Assembly (NCBI GenBank): GCA_964526475.1
Contig: CAZGKF010000001.1
Span: forward strand, 12,138 to 76,137
Origin: an uncultured Bacteroidaceae bacterium
Lineage (GTDB): Bacteria > Bacteroidota > Bacteroidia > Bacteroidales > GCA-2748055
Length of the DNA stretch: 64,000 nucleotides
Reading direction: 5' to 3'
Positions within the stretch are counted from its first letter, which is position 1. The number at the start of each line of letters is the position of its first letter. Under the pieces are notes generated by a model, which was given only the letters and a program-made list of their open reading frames with translations, was not told the origin of the DNA and searched no databases. Shown here one piece after another: positions 7,842 through 17,850 of the stretch. The translations under genes were made by a program, and so were the position numbers.

Positions 7842-9044
7842 ATGTTATCTAACCGGCAGCTTTTCCTTACCTGTCTTTCTCAAACCTCTCCGGATCCTGT
7901 TCTTCTGGAGGTTAGTCATGCAAAAGGAATATATATTTATAGTCCCTCCGGGGAAAAATATATAGATCTTATAGCAGGAGTTTCTGTTTCAGCTCTCGGA
8001 CACTCCCACCCTGAAGTGATAGAAAATATAAAAATTCAACTCAACCGCCACACACATGTAATGGTCTATGGTGAAATGATCCAGTCACCACAGGTAACTT
8101 ATGCTCAAACACTCACAAATTCCCTTGGCTCAGGATTAGATAATGTTTATTTTGTCAATAGCGGATCAGAAGCCATTGAAGGGGCCATAAAACTGGCAAG
8201 GAAATATACAGGAAGAAGTGAGATCATTTCATTTAATAATGCATATCATGGAAGTACAATGGGCGCTATGAGCATTATGGGAAATGATAATCTGAAAAAA
8301 GGATTTCATCCTCTTATTCCTTGCATCCGGAAACTTAATTTTAATTCTCAGGAAGAATTAGGTTTTATCTCATCTGATACTGCCTGCGTTGTAATTGAAC
8401 CTGTACAGGCAGAAGCAGGAGTTGTCATGCCTTCAGCCAATTACCTCGAAAGTATCAGAAAAAAATGTACGGAAACAGGAACACTGCTTGTATTTGATGA
8501 AATACAAACAGGCTTCGGAAGAACAGGAGAACTATTTGCCTTTCAAAAATTCAACCTTATACCCGATATTATAGTTCTCGCCAAAAGTCTTGGAGGAGGA
8601 TTGCCTCTGGGAGCATTTATCTGCCGTAAAGAACTAATGCAAAGTTTAAACTCAAATCCTGCATTAGCTCATATAACAACTTTTGGCGGCCATCCACTTT
8701 CATGTACTGCCGGTTTGACTGCTCTAAACATAATTCAAAGAGAATCGCTTCAAAAAACTGTAAAGGAAAAAGAAATGCGGTTCCGTCAGAAACTAATTCA
8801 TCCTGCAATTAAGGAAATAAGAGGTACCGGCCTTCTTCTTGCAATCGAATTTAAATCCTCTGAACTGATGCATAGGGTTGTGAAAAAAGCTTTAAAAAAC
8901 GGAGTTATCACCGATTGGTTCCTTTTCTGTGATACAGCAATCAGAATATCTCCCCCACTAACAATCTGTGATGCTGAGATTGATGAGGCATGTAATTTGA
9001 TTCTCAAATCAATAGATGAAAGTGTTACAGACAAAAGCAAATAA
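7842..9044 (+). CDS. Class-III (acetylornithine/GABA-type) pyridoxal-phosphate aminotransferase
   Basis: NSGSEAIEGAIKLARK, FDEIQTGFGRTG and the LAKSLGGG Lys motif. Confidence 0.85.
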   Translation: MLSNRQLFLTCLSQTSPDPVLLEVSHAKGIYIYSPSGEKYIDLIAGVSVSALGHSHPEVIENIKIQLNRHTHVMVYGEMIQSPQVTYAQTLTNSLGSGLDNVYFVNSGSEAIEGAIKLARKYTGRSEIISFNNAYHGSTMGAMSIMGNDNLKKGFHPLIPCIRKLNFNSQEELGFISSDTACVVIEPVQAEAGVVMPSANYLESIRKKCTETGTLLVFDEIQTGFGRTGELFAFQKFNLIPDIIVLAKSLGGGLPLGAFICRKELMQSLNSNPALAHITTFGGHPLSCTAGLTALNIIQRESLQKTVKEKEMRFRQKLIHPAIKEIRGTGLLLAIEFKSSELMHRVVKKALKNGVITDWFLFCDTAIRISPPLTICDAEIDEACNLILKSIDESVTDKSK

Positions 9045-9130
9045 ATTCGTTATTCATTCCGTTAAAGAGAAACTTTATGTTTGCTTCAAAAAGTATAGCA
9101 TTATATGGATCACAAAAATAATTATAACTG

Positions 9131-9191
9131 GATGAAACCCCCATGCACTAGCGCACACAACAAGGACATGAACAAACATGGGGGTTCCATC
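9131..9191 (+). repeat. 61-nt hairpin element, copy A
   Basis: GATGAAACCCCCATG-(31-nt loop)-CATGGGGGTTCCATC. The second copy lies in the opposite genomic orientation at 58261-58323. Confidence 0.85.
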
Positions 9192-9234
9192 AGAACTCAT
9201 TAATTAACAATAAAATAACTAATTCCTTCTCCGG

Positions 9235-10071
9235 ATGAATTATTTTTTTAACATTATTGCACTGTTTTTATTCCCATCAATTCTTACTGGTCAAAGCCTG
9301 AATCTTTCAAGCGTTTTCAATGCTGAGACAAATCTAAAGGAGAAATTTAATCTTTTGTATTCCATTACCAGCGACACAAAAAAAGACTCACTGAATAAGG
9401 AACTGGTAAAATATTTCTCAGAGATATTGTCTTCTCAGGAAAGTTTTTTCTACACCTGGCCGCTTCTTGACATGATAGGCAAAGCCAGATCATCAGATGA
9501 TAAGCTGAATGTATATTCATGGCATATACAGGATGAAAAATCAAACTATATATATTACTCCATAGTTCAGCAAAGAATTCCTTCCAGAAGAAAAGGAGAT
9601 GCAATATTAATACATTCTCTTTCAGATAAATCAGATAAAATAAAAAGTCCTGAAAATCAATTATTAGACAAGGATAACTGGTACGGAGCTTTATATTATT
9701 CCATTACCCCGTTTTCATTCCGGAGAGATATATGGTATATATTACTGGGCTTCGATTTTAATACCAATTTCTCAAATAAAAAGATTATTGAGATACTTAA
9801 ATCAGATAATAATACGCTCTTGCTTGGCGGAGAGATCAGAAACGAAAAGGACACTTTAAAACGACTGATCTTTGAGTATTCTTCCCATATAGCAATGACA
9901 CTCAGATATGACGATAAACTGGGGAAAATTGTATTTGACCATCTTAGACCGCTTGAAACTGTTTTACAGGGAAATTATCGTTTTTATGTTCCTGACGGCT
10001 CATACGATGCACTCAGATTCTATAAAGGAGCTTTTATTCTTGAGAGAGATGTGGATGCAAGAAATTATTAA
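9235..10071 (+). CDS. Hypothetical secreted protein
   Basis: 278-aa ORF with a signal peptide (FFNIIALFLFPSILTGQ). No family recognised. Confidence 0.6.
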   Translation: MNYFFNIIALFLFPSILTGQSLNLSSVFNAETNLKEKFNLLYSITSDTKKDSLNKELVKYFSEILSSQESFFYTWPLLDMIGKARSSDDKLNVYSWHIQDEKSNYIYYSIVQQRIPSRRKGDAILIHSLSDKSDKIKSPENQLLDKDNWYGALYYSITPFSFRRDIWYILLGFDFNTNFSNKKIIEILKSDNNTLLLGGEIRNEKDTLKRLIFEYSSHIAMTLRYDDKLGKIVFDHLRPLETVLQGNYRFYVPDGSYDALRFYKGAFILERDVDARNY

Positions 10072-10186
10072 TACCCTTCTTTTGTGCCAAAAAACGCATC
10101 TGTCCTATGACTATTTGTCAGTGCCCAAACCGTGGCACAAGCTTTGAAACCCAAATATCACTTGTTGAATTTAAAAAATTAATACT

Positions 10187-12235
10187 ATGCAGACTGGTAA
10201 AATTGGTGTTTCAACCGAAAACATTTTCCCGATAATAAAAAAGTTCCTGTACTCCGATCATGAGATCTTTCTTCGTGAACTTATTTCAAATGCAGTTGAT
10301 GCCACACAAAAATTAAAATCACTATCCTCAGCAGGCGAATTTAAAGGAGAATTTGGGGATCTGACAATTCATGTAGAACTCGATAAAAAGAAAAAAACAC
10401 TTAAGGTATCCGATAAAGGCATCGGAATGACAGGCGATGAAATAAAAAAATATATTAACCAGATCGCATTCTCCAGTGCAGAAGAATTTCTTGAAAAATA
10501 CAAAAACCAGGACAGTTCATTAATAGGACATTTTGGCCTCGGGTTTTATTCTGCCTTTATGGTCTCAGAAAAGGTGGAAATCATTACCAAATCATACCAG
10601 GATGAAGCGAAACCGGTCAATTGGATATGCGACGGGTCTCCTGAATACTCTCTTGATAATACAGAAAAAGAGGAAAGAGGTACGGATATAATTCTTCATA
10701 TTGATAAAGACTCCGAAGAATTTCTGGAAGAAAACCGGATATACGAAATCCTTCGTAAGTACTGTAAATTCCTGCCAGTTGAAATCGCATTTGGAAAAGA
10801 AAAAGAATGGAAAGACGGAAAAGAAACAGATACAGGAAAAAACAGAATTATTAATAATCCTAATCCTCTTTGGACAAAAAAACCTGCCGATCTCAAAGAA
10901 GATGATTATCTTGAGTTTTATCAGGATCTCTATCCCGTTCTTGAAAAACCTCTTTTCAATATTCATCTGAATGTGGATTATCCCTTCAATCTTACCGGAA
11001 TTTTATTCTTCCCTAAAATAAAAAGTAATTTTGAAATTCAGAAAAACAAGATACAGTTGTATTCCAACCAGGTATTTGTTACAGACTCTGTAGAAGGGAT
11101 TGTCCCGGAGTTTCTCACATTACTTCACGGCGTCCTGGATTCGCCTGATATTCCTCTCAATGTATCAAGAAGCTATTTACAAAGCGACAGTAATGTAAAA
11201 AAGATTTCTGCTCATATATCTAAAAAAGTTGCTGACAGACTTGAAGAAATTTTTAAGAATGACCGTGAGCAGTTTGAAAAGAAATGGGACGATCTGAAAC
11301 TCTTCATAACCTATGGTATGATAACTGAAGAAAAATTCTATGAGAGAGCAACAAAATTTTCACTTTTAAAAAATACTGATGGTAAATATTTCACTCTGGA
11401 GGAATATGAAAAACTTGTAAAAGAAAACCAGACTGATAAAAACAAATCACTGGTTTACCTCTATGCAACTGATAAGGAAACTCAACATTCCTTTATTGAG
11501 AATGCAAAGAAGAAAGGTTACGATGTTCTCATGATGGATGGACAGCTTGATCCGCACTTCATTAATCATCTTGAACAGAAATTAAAGGAAACAAGGTTCT
11601 CAAGAGTAGATGCCGATATAATCGATAAACTAATATTAAAAGAGGATATTGACAAAAATAATCTGACCGAAGAAGAGAAAAATGATCTCAGAGATGTTTT
11701 CGAAAGTCAGGTTTCCGGTAAAAACAATTATTATATTGAATTTGAAGCCCTGGGTGAAGAAGCAGAACCTGTAACCATAACTCAGTCGGAGTTTATGAGA
11801 AGAATGAAAGATATGTCAGCCTTAAGTGGCGGAGAAGGAATATACGGGAATCTTCCCGACAGTTTTAATCTTGTTGTAAACACCAAGCATCCTCTTGTAT
11901 TGAAAATACTTGAAGATAAAAATAAAAAGCTGGGGCAGAAACTGGCCAAAATAAACGAAAAAGCACTGCCGCTAAAAGAAGAAAATGAAAAGCTGACAGA
12001 AGCAAAAAAAGAGAAGAAAGAGGATGAAATACCTCAGGCAGAAAAAGATAAATTTGATGAATTAACAAAGAAAATAGCTGATATTGAAAATGAAAAGAAA
12101 GAATGTCTCAGAGAGTTCGGCACAAAAAATAAAATTCTCAGGCAGATTGTGGATCTCGCTTTGCTGGCAAACAATATGTTAAAGGGTGAGGAATTAACAA
12201 AGTTCGTAAAAAGAAGCGTGGAATTGATCAAATAA
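10187..12235 (+). CDS. htpG: Molecular chaperone HtpG (Hsp90)
   Basis: LYSDHEIFLRELISNAVDA, the GHKL ATPase N-box, and GHFGLGFYSAFMV. The length of 682 aa fits. Confidence 0.95.
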   Translation: MQTGKIGVSTENIFPIIKKFLYSDHEIFLRELISNAVDATQKLKSLSSAGEFKGEFGDLTIHVELDKKKKTLKVSDKGIGMTGDEIKKYINQIAFSSAEEFLEKYKNQDSSLIGHFGLGFYSAFMVSEKVEIITKSYQDEAKPVNWICDGSPEYSLDNTEKEERGTDIILHIDKDSEEFLEENRIYEILRKYCKFLPVEIAFGKEKEWKDGKETDTGKNRIINNPNPLWTKKPADLKEDDYLEFYQDLYPVLEKPLFNIHLNVDYPFNLTGILFFPKIKSNFEIQKNKIQLYSNQVFVTDSVEGIVPEFLTLLHGVLDSPDIPLNVSRSYLQSDSNVKKISAHISKKVADRLEEIFKNDREQFEKKWDDLKLFITYGMITEEKFYERATKFSLLKNTDGKYFTLEEYEKLVKENQTDKNKSLVYLYATDKETQHSFIENAKKKGYDVLMMDGQLDPHFINHLEQKLKETRFSRVDADIIDKLILKEDIDKNNLTEEEKNDLRDVFESQVSGKNNYYIEFEALGEEAEPVTITQSEFMRRMKDMSALSGGEGIYGNLPDSFNLVVNTKHPLVLKILEDKNKKLGQKLAKINEKALPLKEENEKLTEAKKEKKEDEIPQAEKDKFDELTKKIADIENEKKECLREFGTKNKILRQIVDLALLANNMLKGEELTKFVKRSVELIK

Positions 12236-12241
12236 TATGTA

Positions 12242-12763
12242 TTAAAACAATTCCCGCACTTCCTTCTTCAGATACTCAACGGCTGCTTCAGTTGGTGAAG
12301 ATTTGAGCTCCATAAGCTTTTCAAGAATCTTTTTATACAAAGTATTTCCTGCGGCTTCCGGTTTTAATTCCGAAGCGGAATCGTTTATGAGTTTTATTAC
12401 ACTGTTTCTTGCACTTTTAACAGCATCCCAGGCCATTGAACTTATATACATCTGCTGTGCCAGATTATGTTCAAATTCAGTTCTGACAGCAGTAACAAGT
12501 TCATTCTGAACTCTTCCGCAATTTACATCTGATCGGTTAACACGCATTAACAGTGAGTCCGGCGATATTCGTTCCAGAAAAAGTATCAAACGCTCATAGG
12601 CCTGCAACCTCAGAGGTAGTGTGGTGTCTTTTATTTCCATCATAAACCCGGATTTTCGCTTTTTCTCCTCATTTCTGAATAGTATCTTAAGGGTAAAAAC
12701 ACTCGCCAGCAGAACAAGAAGTCCGGGAATCGTAATTTTTAGTATTTCAATATATTCACTCAT
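12242..12763 (-). CDS. Hypothetical membrane-anchored protein
   Basis: 173-aa ORF with a single N-terminal TM helix (ITIPGLLVLLASVFTLKILF). No family recognised. Confidence 0.55.
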   Translation of the reverse strand: MSEYIEILKITIPGLLVLLASVFTLKILFRNEEKKRKSGFMMEIKDTTLPLRLQAYERLILFLERISPDSLLMRVNRSDVNCGRVQNELVTAVRTEFEHNLAQQMYISSMAWDAVKSARNSVIKLINDSASELKPEAAGNTLYKKILEKLMELKSSPTEAAVEYLKKEVRELF

Positions 12764-12884
12764 GTTAATAAATTTTACATACTAAACTTAATAAAAAAAC
12801 CTGAATATTAATCTTATTAAATTATTTTTGAGGAAATAAAAAAATCTTTAACCTTCTCTATTTCCAACAAAATTTTTTAATTTC

Positions 12885-14078
12885 ATGGAACACCTTTCAA
12901 AAAGAATAATTTCTCTTTCATCTTCCCAGACCATAGCCATGAACACCAGGAGCCGGGAGATGCAGGCCGCTGGTATTGATGTGATTAACCTAAGTGTCGG
13001 GGAACCCGATTTCCCTACCCCCGACCATATTAAAACTGCCGCAAAAAAAGCCATAGATGAAAATTTTTCATTTTATCCTCCTGTTCCCGGATACCTTGAC
13101 CTAAGACAAGCTATTTGCCGGAAGTTCAAAACCATGAACAACCTGGATTTTACTCCCCATCAGATTGTTGTATCAACAGGGGCAAAGCATTCCATCGTGA
13201 ACGTACTCATGTGTATCATAAACGCCGGGGACGAGGTAATTGTGCCCGCTCCTTACTGGGTCAGTTATCTCGAAATGGTTAAGATTGCGGAAGGCACCAA
13301 TGTCGTAATTAACACCCCGGTCGAAGCAAACTATAAAATAAGCCCTGAACAACTTCAGAAAGCCATAAGCCCAAAAACCAGGGCTTTGCTCCTCTGTTCA
13401 CCCAATAATCCTACAGGAAGTGTATATTCCGAAGAAGAGCTGAAAGGACTGGTTTCCGTGCTGGCTAAATATCCTGAGATGTATGTTATTTCGGATGAAA
13501 TTTATGAGTTGATCAATTTCACCGGGAAATATACGAGCATAGGCGGGTTCCCGGAGATTAAAGACAGGGTTGTAACGGTAAACGGCGTTTCCAAAGCATA
13601 CGCCATGACAGGTTACAGGATCGGTTACCTTGGTGCTCCCTTATGGATTGCAAAAGCAGTGACCAAACTTCAGGGACAAATGACCTCTGGCTCAACTACC
13701 ATAGCCATGAAGGCAGCCCTTGAGGCGCTGAATGGAAACCAGCAATGTACAACCGACATGAATGCAGCATTCCTCCGTCGTCGTAACCTGGTGCTTGACC
13801 AACTAAAAAATATTCCGGGACTGAAGTTCAGTATTCCTGAAGGAGCATTCTACGTTTTCCCCGATGTTAGTGCATACTTTGGCAAATCGAATAATGAGAA
13901 ACTTATAAGCAATTCAGAAGACCTGTGTGCATATCTCCTCGAAACAGCTCATGTAGCAACTGTTCCCGGTAACGCATTCGGAGCTCCCATGAATATTAGA
14001 ATCTCTTATGCAAATTCCGATAAGAACCTGCTTAAAGCAATGGACAGACTTAAGAATGCTTTAAATAAACTGGAGTGA
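12885..14078 (+). CDS. aspC: Class-I pyridoxal-phosphate aminotransferase (aspartate aminotransferase type)
   Basis: LSVGEPDFPTP, NPTGSVY and the SKAYAMTGYRIGY Lys motif. Confidence 0.9.
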   Translation: MEHLSKRIISLSSSQTIAMNTRSREMQAAGIDVINLSVGEPDFPTPDHIKTAAKKAIDENFSFYPPVPGYLDLRQAICRKFKTMNNLDFTPHQIVVSTGAKHSIVNVLMCIINAGDEVIVPAPYWVSYLEMVKIAEGTNVVINTPVEANYKISPEQLQKAISPKTRALLLCSPNNPTGSVYSEEELKGLVSVLAKYPEMYVISDEIYELINFTGKYTSIGGFPEIKDRVVTVNGVSKAYAMTGYRIGYLGAPLWIAKAVTKLQGQMTSGSTTIAMKAALEALNGNQQCTTDMNAAFLRRRNLVLDQLKNIPGLKFSIPEGAFYVFPDVSAYFGKSNNEKLISNSEDLCAYLLETAHVATVPGNAFGAPMNIRISYANSDKNLLKAMDRLKNALNKLE

Positions 14079-14194
14079 TTATCTCAATCTGCAAGAAACC
14101 TGTTGAAAACCTGATTTACTGGATATTATGTCACCTTATACCTGTTTCTCCGAAAAATTATTAAAATGATATTATTATCTTTTTTTTTATTCAT

Positions 14195-15262
14195 ATGGTT
14201 AGAAGAAATATTTCAAGAAAAAAACCACCTTTCCTGCGGGTTATCCTTTGGTTAATAATTACGGGAATAATTGTTTCGTTTGTCATATTACTCCGGGTAT
14301 ATACTGCTATCTTCTCTCCTGCGGTGTCCTTAACAGATGAAAATAGTACACTTTTCTATATTCACAGCAACGCTGATTATGAAACAGTTATCCATGACCT
14401 TCGCGAAAATGGGTATATACAGCACCCGGACAAATTCGATTGGCTGGCAAAAAAGAAAAAGTATCCCAATAATATCAAACCGGGCCGTTACCGGCTGGTT
14501 AATAATATAAATAATAACGAGCTCATTAATCTGCTCAGATCGGGAAAACAGGAACCATTAAGATTAGTCTTTAATAGCATACGGTCCTTAAATGATCTTG
14601 CCGGAATAATTTCTAAACAACTTGAACCTGATTCAATAAGTTTTATCAGAACCTTCTCGGATACGACAATTATTAAAAAATATGGCTTCAACAGCGAAAC
14701 ATTCCCCGCTATGTTTATACCAAATACATATGAATTTTACTGGAACACATCTCCTGAGCGGTTTGTGCATCGAATGAATAATGAGTATAATGTTTTTTGG
14801 TTAAACAGCCGGATAAAAAAATCAGAGCAGATAAAACTAAAACCACTTGAAGTTTCAATACTTGCCTCTATCGTAGAACAGGAATCTCTTCATAGTGAAG
14901 AAAATCAAACCATTGCAGGAGTATTTATAAACAGAATAAACCGGGGTATTCCTCTTCAGTCGGATCCAACAGTGATTTATGCATGGCGGGATTTTTCTAT
15001 CAGAAGAGTGCTTAACAAACACAAAGCAATTAATTCATTATACAATACATATAAATACCAGGGTTTACCTCCCGGACCTATTTGTATTCCTTCCATAACA
15101 TCAATTGATGCCGTTCTGAATTACGAAAAACATAACTATCTTTACTTTTGCGCAAAAGAAGACTTCTCAGGTTATCACAATTTTGCCGGGACGCTTTCGG
15201 AGCATTACAGGAATGCAAGATTATACCAGCAGGCTCTTAACAGGAGGAGGATTTGGAATTAA
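14195..15262 (+). CDS. mltG: Endolytic murein transglycosylase MltG (YceG-like)
   Basis: N-terminal TM helix, LASIVEQES catalytic-Glu region, LQSDPTVIY and YNTYKYQGLPPGPICIP. Confidence 0.9.
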   Translation: MVRRNISRKKPPFLRVILWLIITGIIVSFVILLRVYTAIFSPAVSLTDENSTLFYIHSNADYETVIHDLRENGYIQHPDKFDWLAKKKKYPNNIKPGRYRLVNNINNNELINLLRSGKQEPLRLVFNSIRSLNDLAGIISKQLEPDSISFIRTFSDTTIIKKYGFNSETFPAMFIPNTYEFYWNTSPERFVHRMNNEYNVFWLNSRIKKSEQIKLKPLEVSILASIVEQESLHSEENQTIAGVFINRINRGIPLQSDPTVIYAWRDFSIRRVLNKHKAINSLYNTYKYQGLPPGPICIPSITSIDAVLNYEKHNYLYFCAKEDFSGYHNFAGTLSEHYRNARLYQQALNRRRIWN

Positions 15263-16281
15263 TTTCCTGAAACATATACCTCCCTTTCGAGCTTAATACG
15301 GAATTTTCTGTAAACCGATTTCCTTATTTTTTCTGAAAAATTAAAAATCTCCTTACCCCCGGCACAACCATAATTAACAATTACCAGAGGCTGTGAGTTC
15401 CATATGCCGGCATCTCCCTCACGAACACCCTTCCAACCGGATTTCTCAATAAGCCATGCTGCAGAAATTTTCATTGAATCACCTGCAGAGGGATGACCAG
15501 GGAAATCCGGCCATTGATTCTTCATGCGCTCATACTTGTCGCAGGAAATAACCGGATTTTTAAAGAAACTCCCGGCATTACCAAATTCTTTTGGATCAGG
15601 GAGTTTACTCTTTCGTATCTCCATGATTGTTTCCCTGAGAGTAACAAGATTCTGTTTATCCTTCTTATGGAATAGTTCATTCACCATGTCATACCTCAAC
15701 TCAAAAACCGGATGCTTATCCAGACTGAAAACAACGGCAGTGATTAAAAACCGGTTTTTCAACTCATTCCTGAATATACTGTCGCGATATGAAAACCGGC
15801 ATTCCTCGTTTTTTAAAACAGTGTATTCAAGATGCGGCAATAAATATCCTTCCACATGGATGATCCTGTCTTTTACCTCCACTCCATACGCACCAATATT
15901 CTGAACCGGGGATGAACCTGCTGAACCGGGGATGAGGGAGAGGTTTTCAATACCCCCATAATTCATTTTAACACAATATGCTACAAAGTCATCCCAGTTC
16001 TCTCCGGATGCAACCTTAATAACCACCTTATTATTATCCTCATACTCACATTTTAGTCCCTTAAGAACATTATGAACTACCATCCCTTCAAAATCATTTA
16101 TGAAAAGAATATTACTCCCCTCCCCTAATATCATGAAATTATAAGCATTGTGCACTATTTCTTTAAAAATATCTTTAATCTGAGCCGGGTCAGAAAGCTT
16201 AGCATAATGCCTAGTTTTCACATCGCAACCAAAGGTATTCAGGCGTTTGAGGGAATAATTCTCTTTGTATATTTTCTGCAT
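15259..16281 (-). CDS. murB: UDP-N-acetylenolpyruvoylglucosamine reductase MurB
   Basis: LKRLNTFG, GEGSNILF, GIENLSLIPGSAGSSPVQNIGAYG and GSFFKNP. I prefer the start at MQKIYKENYSL (16281). The ORF track extends to 16371. Confidence 0.9.
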   Translation of the reverse strand: MQKIYKENYSLKRLNTFGCDVKTRHYAKLSDPAQIKDIFKEIVHNAYNFMILGEGSNILFINDFEGMVVHNVLKGLKCEYEDNNKVVIKVASGENWDDFVAYCVKMNYGGIENLSLIPGSAGSSPVQNIGAYGVEVKDRIIHVEGYLLPHLEYTVLKNEECRFSYRDSIFRNELKNRFLITAVVFSLDKHPVFELRYDMVNELFHKKDKQNLVTLRETIMEIRKSKLPDPKEFGNAGSFFKNPVISCDKYERMKNQWPDFPGHPSAGDSMKISAAWLIEKSGWKGVREGDAGIWNSQPLVIVNYGCAGGKEIFNFSEKIRKSVYRKFRIKLEREVYVSGN

Positions 16282-16373
16282 ATACCTCATTATTTCACAA
16301 ATATAGTCAGAAGTACACTTTTTAATACCGGAAAAATTATTTACTGAATGTTTTTTGCCTGATATTTGCATTT

Positions 16374-17498
16374 GTGAAACATATTTATATTTCCGTAATC
16401 AACGATCTGTTAACAGATGCAAGAGCTCACCGCACCTGTTATACCCTTAGGAAATCAGGAGGAAGGATTATCCTCATTGGGAGAAAATTCAATAATAGCC
16501 CGAAGCTGGGGTTAAGAGATTATTATATCAGACGATTCCGCCTATTGGTGAATAAGGGTTTTTTGTTCTATTTATTATTTAATATCAGGCTATTTCTCTA
16601 TCTCATAAGCCGAAAAAAAATCGATATACTTATTTCCTGTGATCTGGATACTCTGCCTGCTAATTTTCTCGTGGCAAGATTAAGGAATTGTGTTCTGGTA
16701 TATGACAGCCACGAATATTTTACTGAAATCCCTGAACTTCAGGACAGACCGGTGATACGAAAAATATGGATGCTGATTGAAGCCTTTATAATACCTCATT
16801 TAAAATATGCATATACAGTAAGTGAAGCAATTGCCGGGGAATATTCCAATAAATACGGAGTCAAATTTGACATTATCAGGAACCTTCCCATGATAAAAAA
16901 AGCAGGTAATATTTATCCCTTACCGGAAAGTATTAAAACGAGAAAGAAAATTTTATACCAGGGAGCTTTGAATATGGGAAGGGGAATTGAAGAAATAATG
17001 GATGCAATAAAGTTAATGGATGAGGTGGTCTTATTAATCGCAGGTGATGGATATCTTCTCAAAGCACTAAAAAGGAAAACTATTGAAGAAGGCCTGAATG
17101 AAAAGGTGATTTTTACTGGCAGGCTTCCGCATGAGAAACTGCATGAACTTACCATCCAGGGAGATATCGGAATTTCGCTGGAACAAAATCTTGGTAAAAA
17201 TTACTTCTATGCACTCCCAAATAAAATATTTGATTACTTTCATGCCGGCATTCCCGTGTTAGTTTCAAATATGCCCGGTATGAAGGCGATTGTTGAAAAG
17301 TACGAGACCGGTATGGTAGCCGACTCTATGAACCCTGAAAATTTAAAGGAAAAGCTTGAGTTTATGCTTTACAATGAAGAAGCCAGGAGGAAATGGAAAA
17401 TAAATCTTGCTCTTGCAGCGGAAGAACTTAGCTGGGAAAAAGAAGAAATAAAACTTAAGGGAATATTTGAAAAAACCGGATTAACATTTTATGAGTAA
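16374..17498 (+). CDS. Glycosyltransferase family 4 (GT-B) protein
   Basis: The C-terminal half has the GT4 pattern (LIAGDG..., E.NLGKNYFYALPNKIFDYFHAGIPVLVS). GTG start. Confidence 0.8.
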   Translation: MKHIYISVINDLLTDARAHRTCYTLRKSGGRIILIGRKFNNSPKLGLRDYYIRRFRLLVNKGFLFYLLFNIRLFLYLISRKKIDILISCDLDTLPANFLVARLRNCVLVYDSHEYFTEIPELQDRPVIRKIWMLIEAFIIPHLKYAYTVSEAIAGEYSNKYGVKFDIIRNLPMIKKAGNIYPLPESIKTRKKILYQGALNMGRGIEEIMDAIKLMDEVVLLIAGDGYLLKALKRKTIEEGLNEKVIFTGRLPHEKLHELTIQGDIGISLEQNLGKNYFYALPNKIFDYFHAGIPVLVSNMPGMKAIVEKYETGMVADSMNPENLKEKLEFMLYNEEARRKWKINLALAAEELSWEKEEIKLKGIFEKTGLTFYE

Positions 17499-17636
17499 AT
17501 TTGTTATGTATTATCTAATTAATTTAACTAAAAGAATTAAAATGACATTTTGAAAGAACTATATGAAAGGCTATTTAATGAACTTACACTTAAATTTATA
17601 TTCTGTCAAAAAATTATCCCGGAGGGATAAAATCTT

Positions 17637-17710
17637 TATAGAAAAAGGTTGTAATATGTGGATATGCGACCCCATCCGGGGTCGAACATCTCTATTTAAT
17701 ATTTTCTATA
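17637..17710. repeat. Nested imperfect palindromic intergenic element
   Basis: Outer arms TATAGAAAA (17637-17645) and TTTTCTATA (17702-17710). Inner hairpin CGACCCC-ATCC-GGGGTCG (17667-17684). A further hairpin, TTATCCC-GGA-GGGATAA, lies at 17614-17630. Confidence 0.5.
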
Positions 17711-17850
17711 AGCATTTGACCTCTCTGAGGTAAGGTGTTAACATCTCATAGAATGCATATCTAATGCTGAAGATAAAAAGTTGAATAATGATTAATAATA
17801 TTTTTAATGGAATTCCTTTGAACCTTATGCTTAACTTTTAATTATTAAAC

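Noticed and set aside
10082-10140. Hairpin (TTGTGCCA ... TGGCACAA) in the htpG 5' region, considered as a possible RNA thermometer.
   Set aside because: It is only an 8-bp distal stem ending about 46 nt before the ATG. It does not sequester the start region and has no ROSE or fourU-type features.
16282-16371. 30-codon N-terminal extension of murB.
   Set aside because: MurB homologues begin close to the ...SLK..NTFG motif. The shorter start also leaves room for the promoters of the divergent genes.
17563-17733. 56-codon ORF (MKGYLMNLHL...FYKHLTSLR) in the 352-nt spacer.
   Set aside because: It is read through a palindromic element, has no credible protein features, and is most likely a spurious translation. 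The element itself is reported as a finding.
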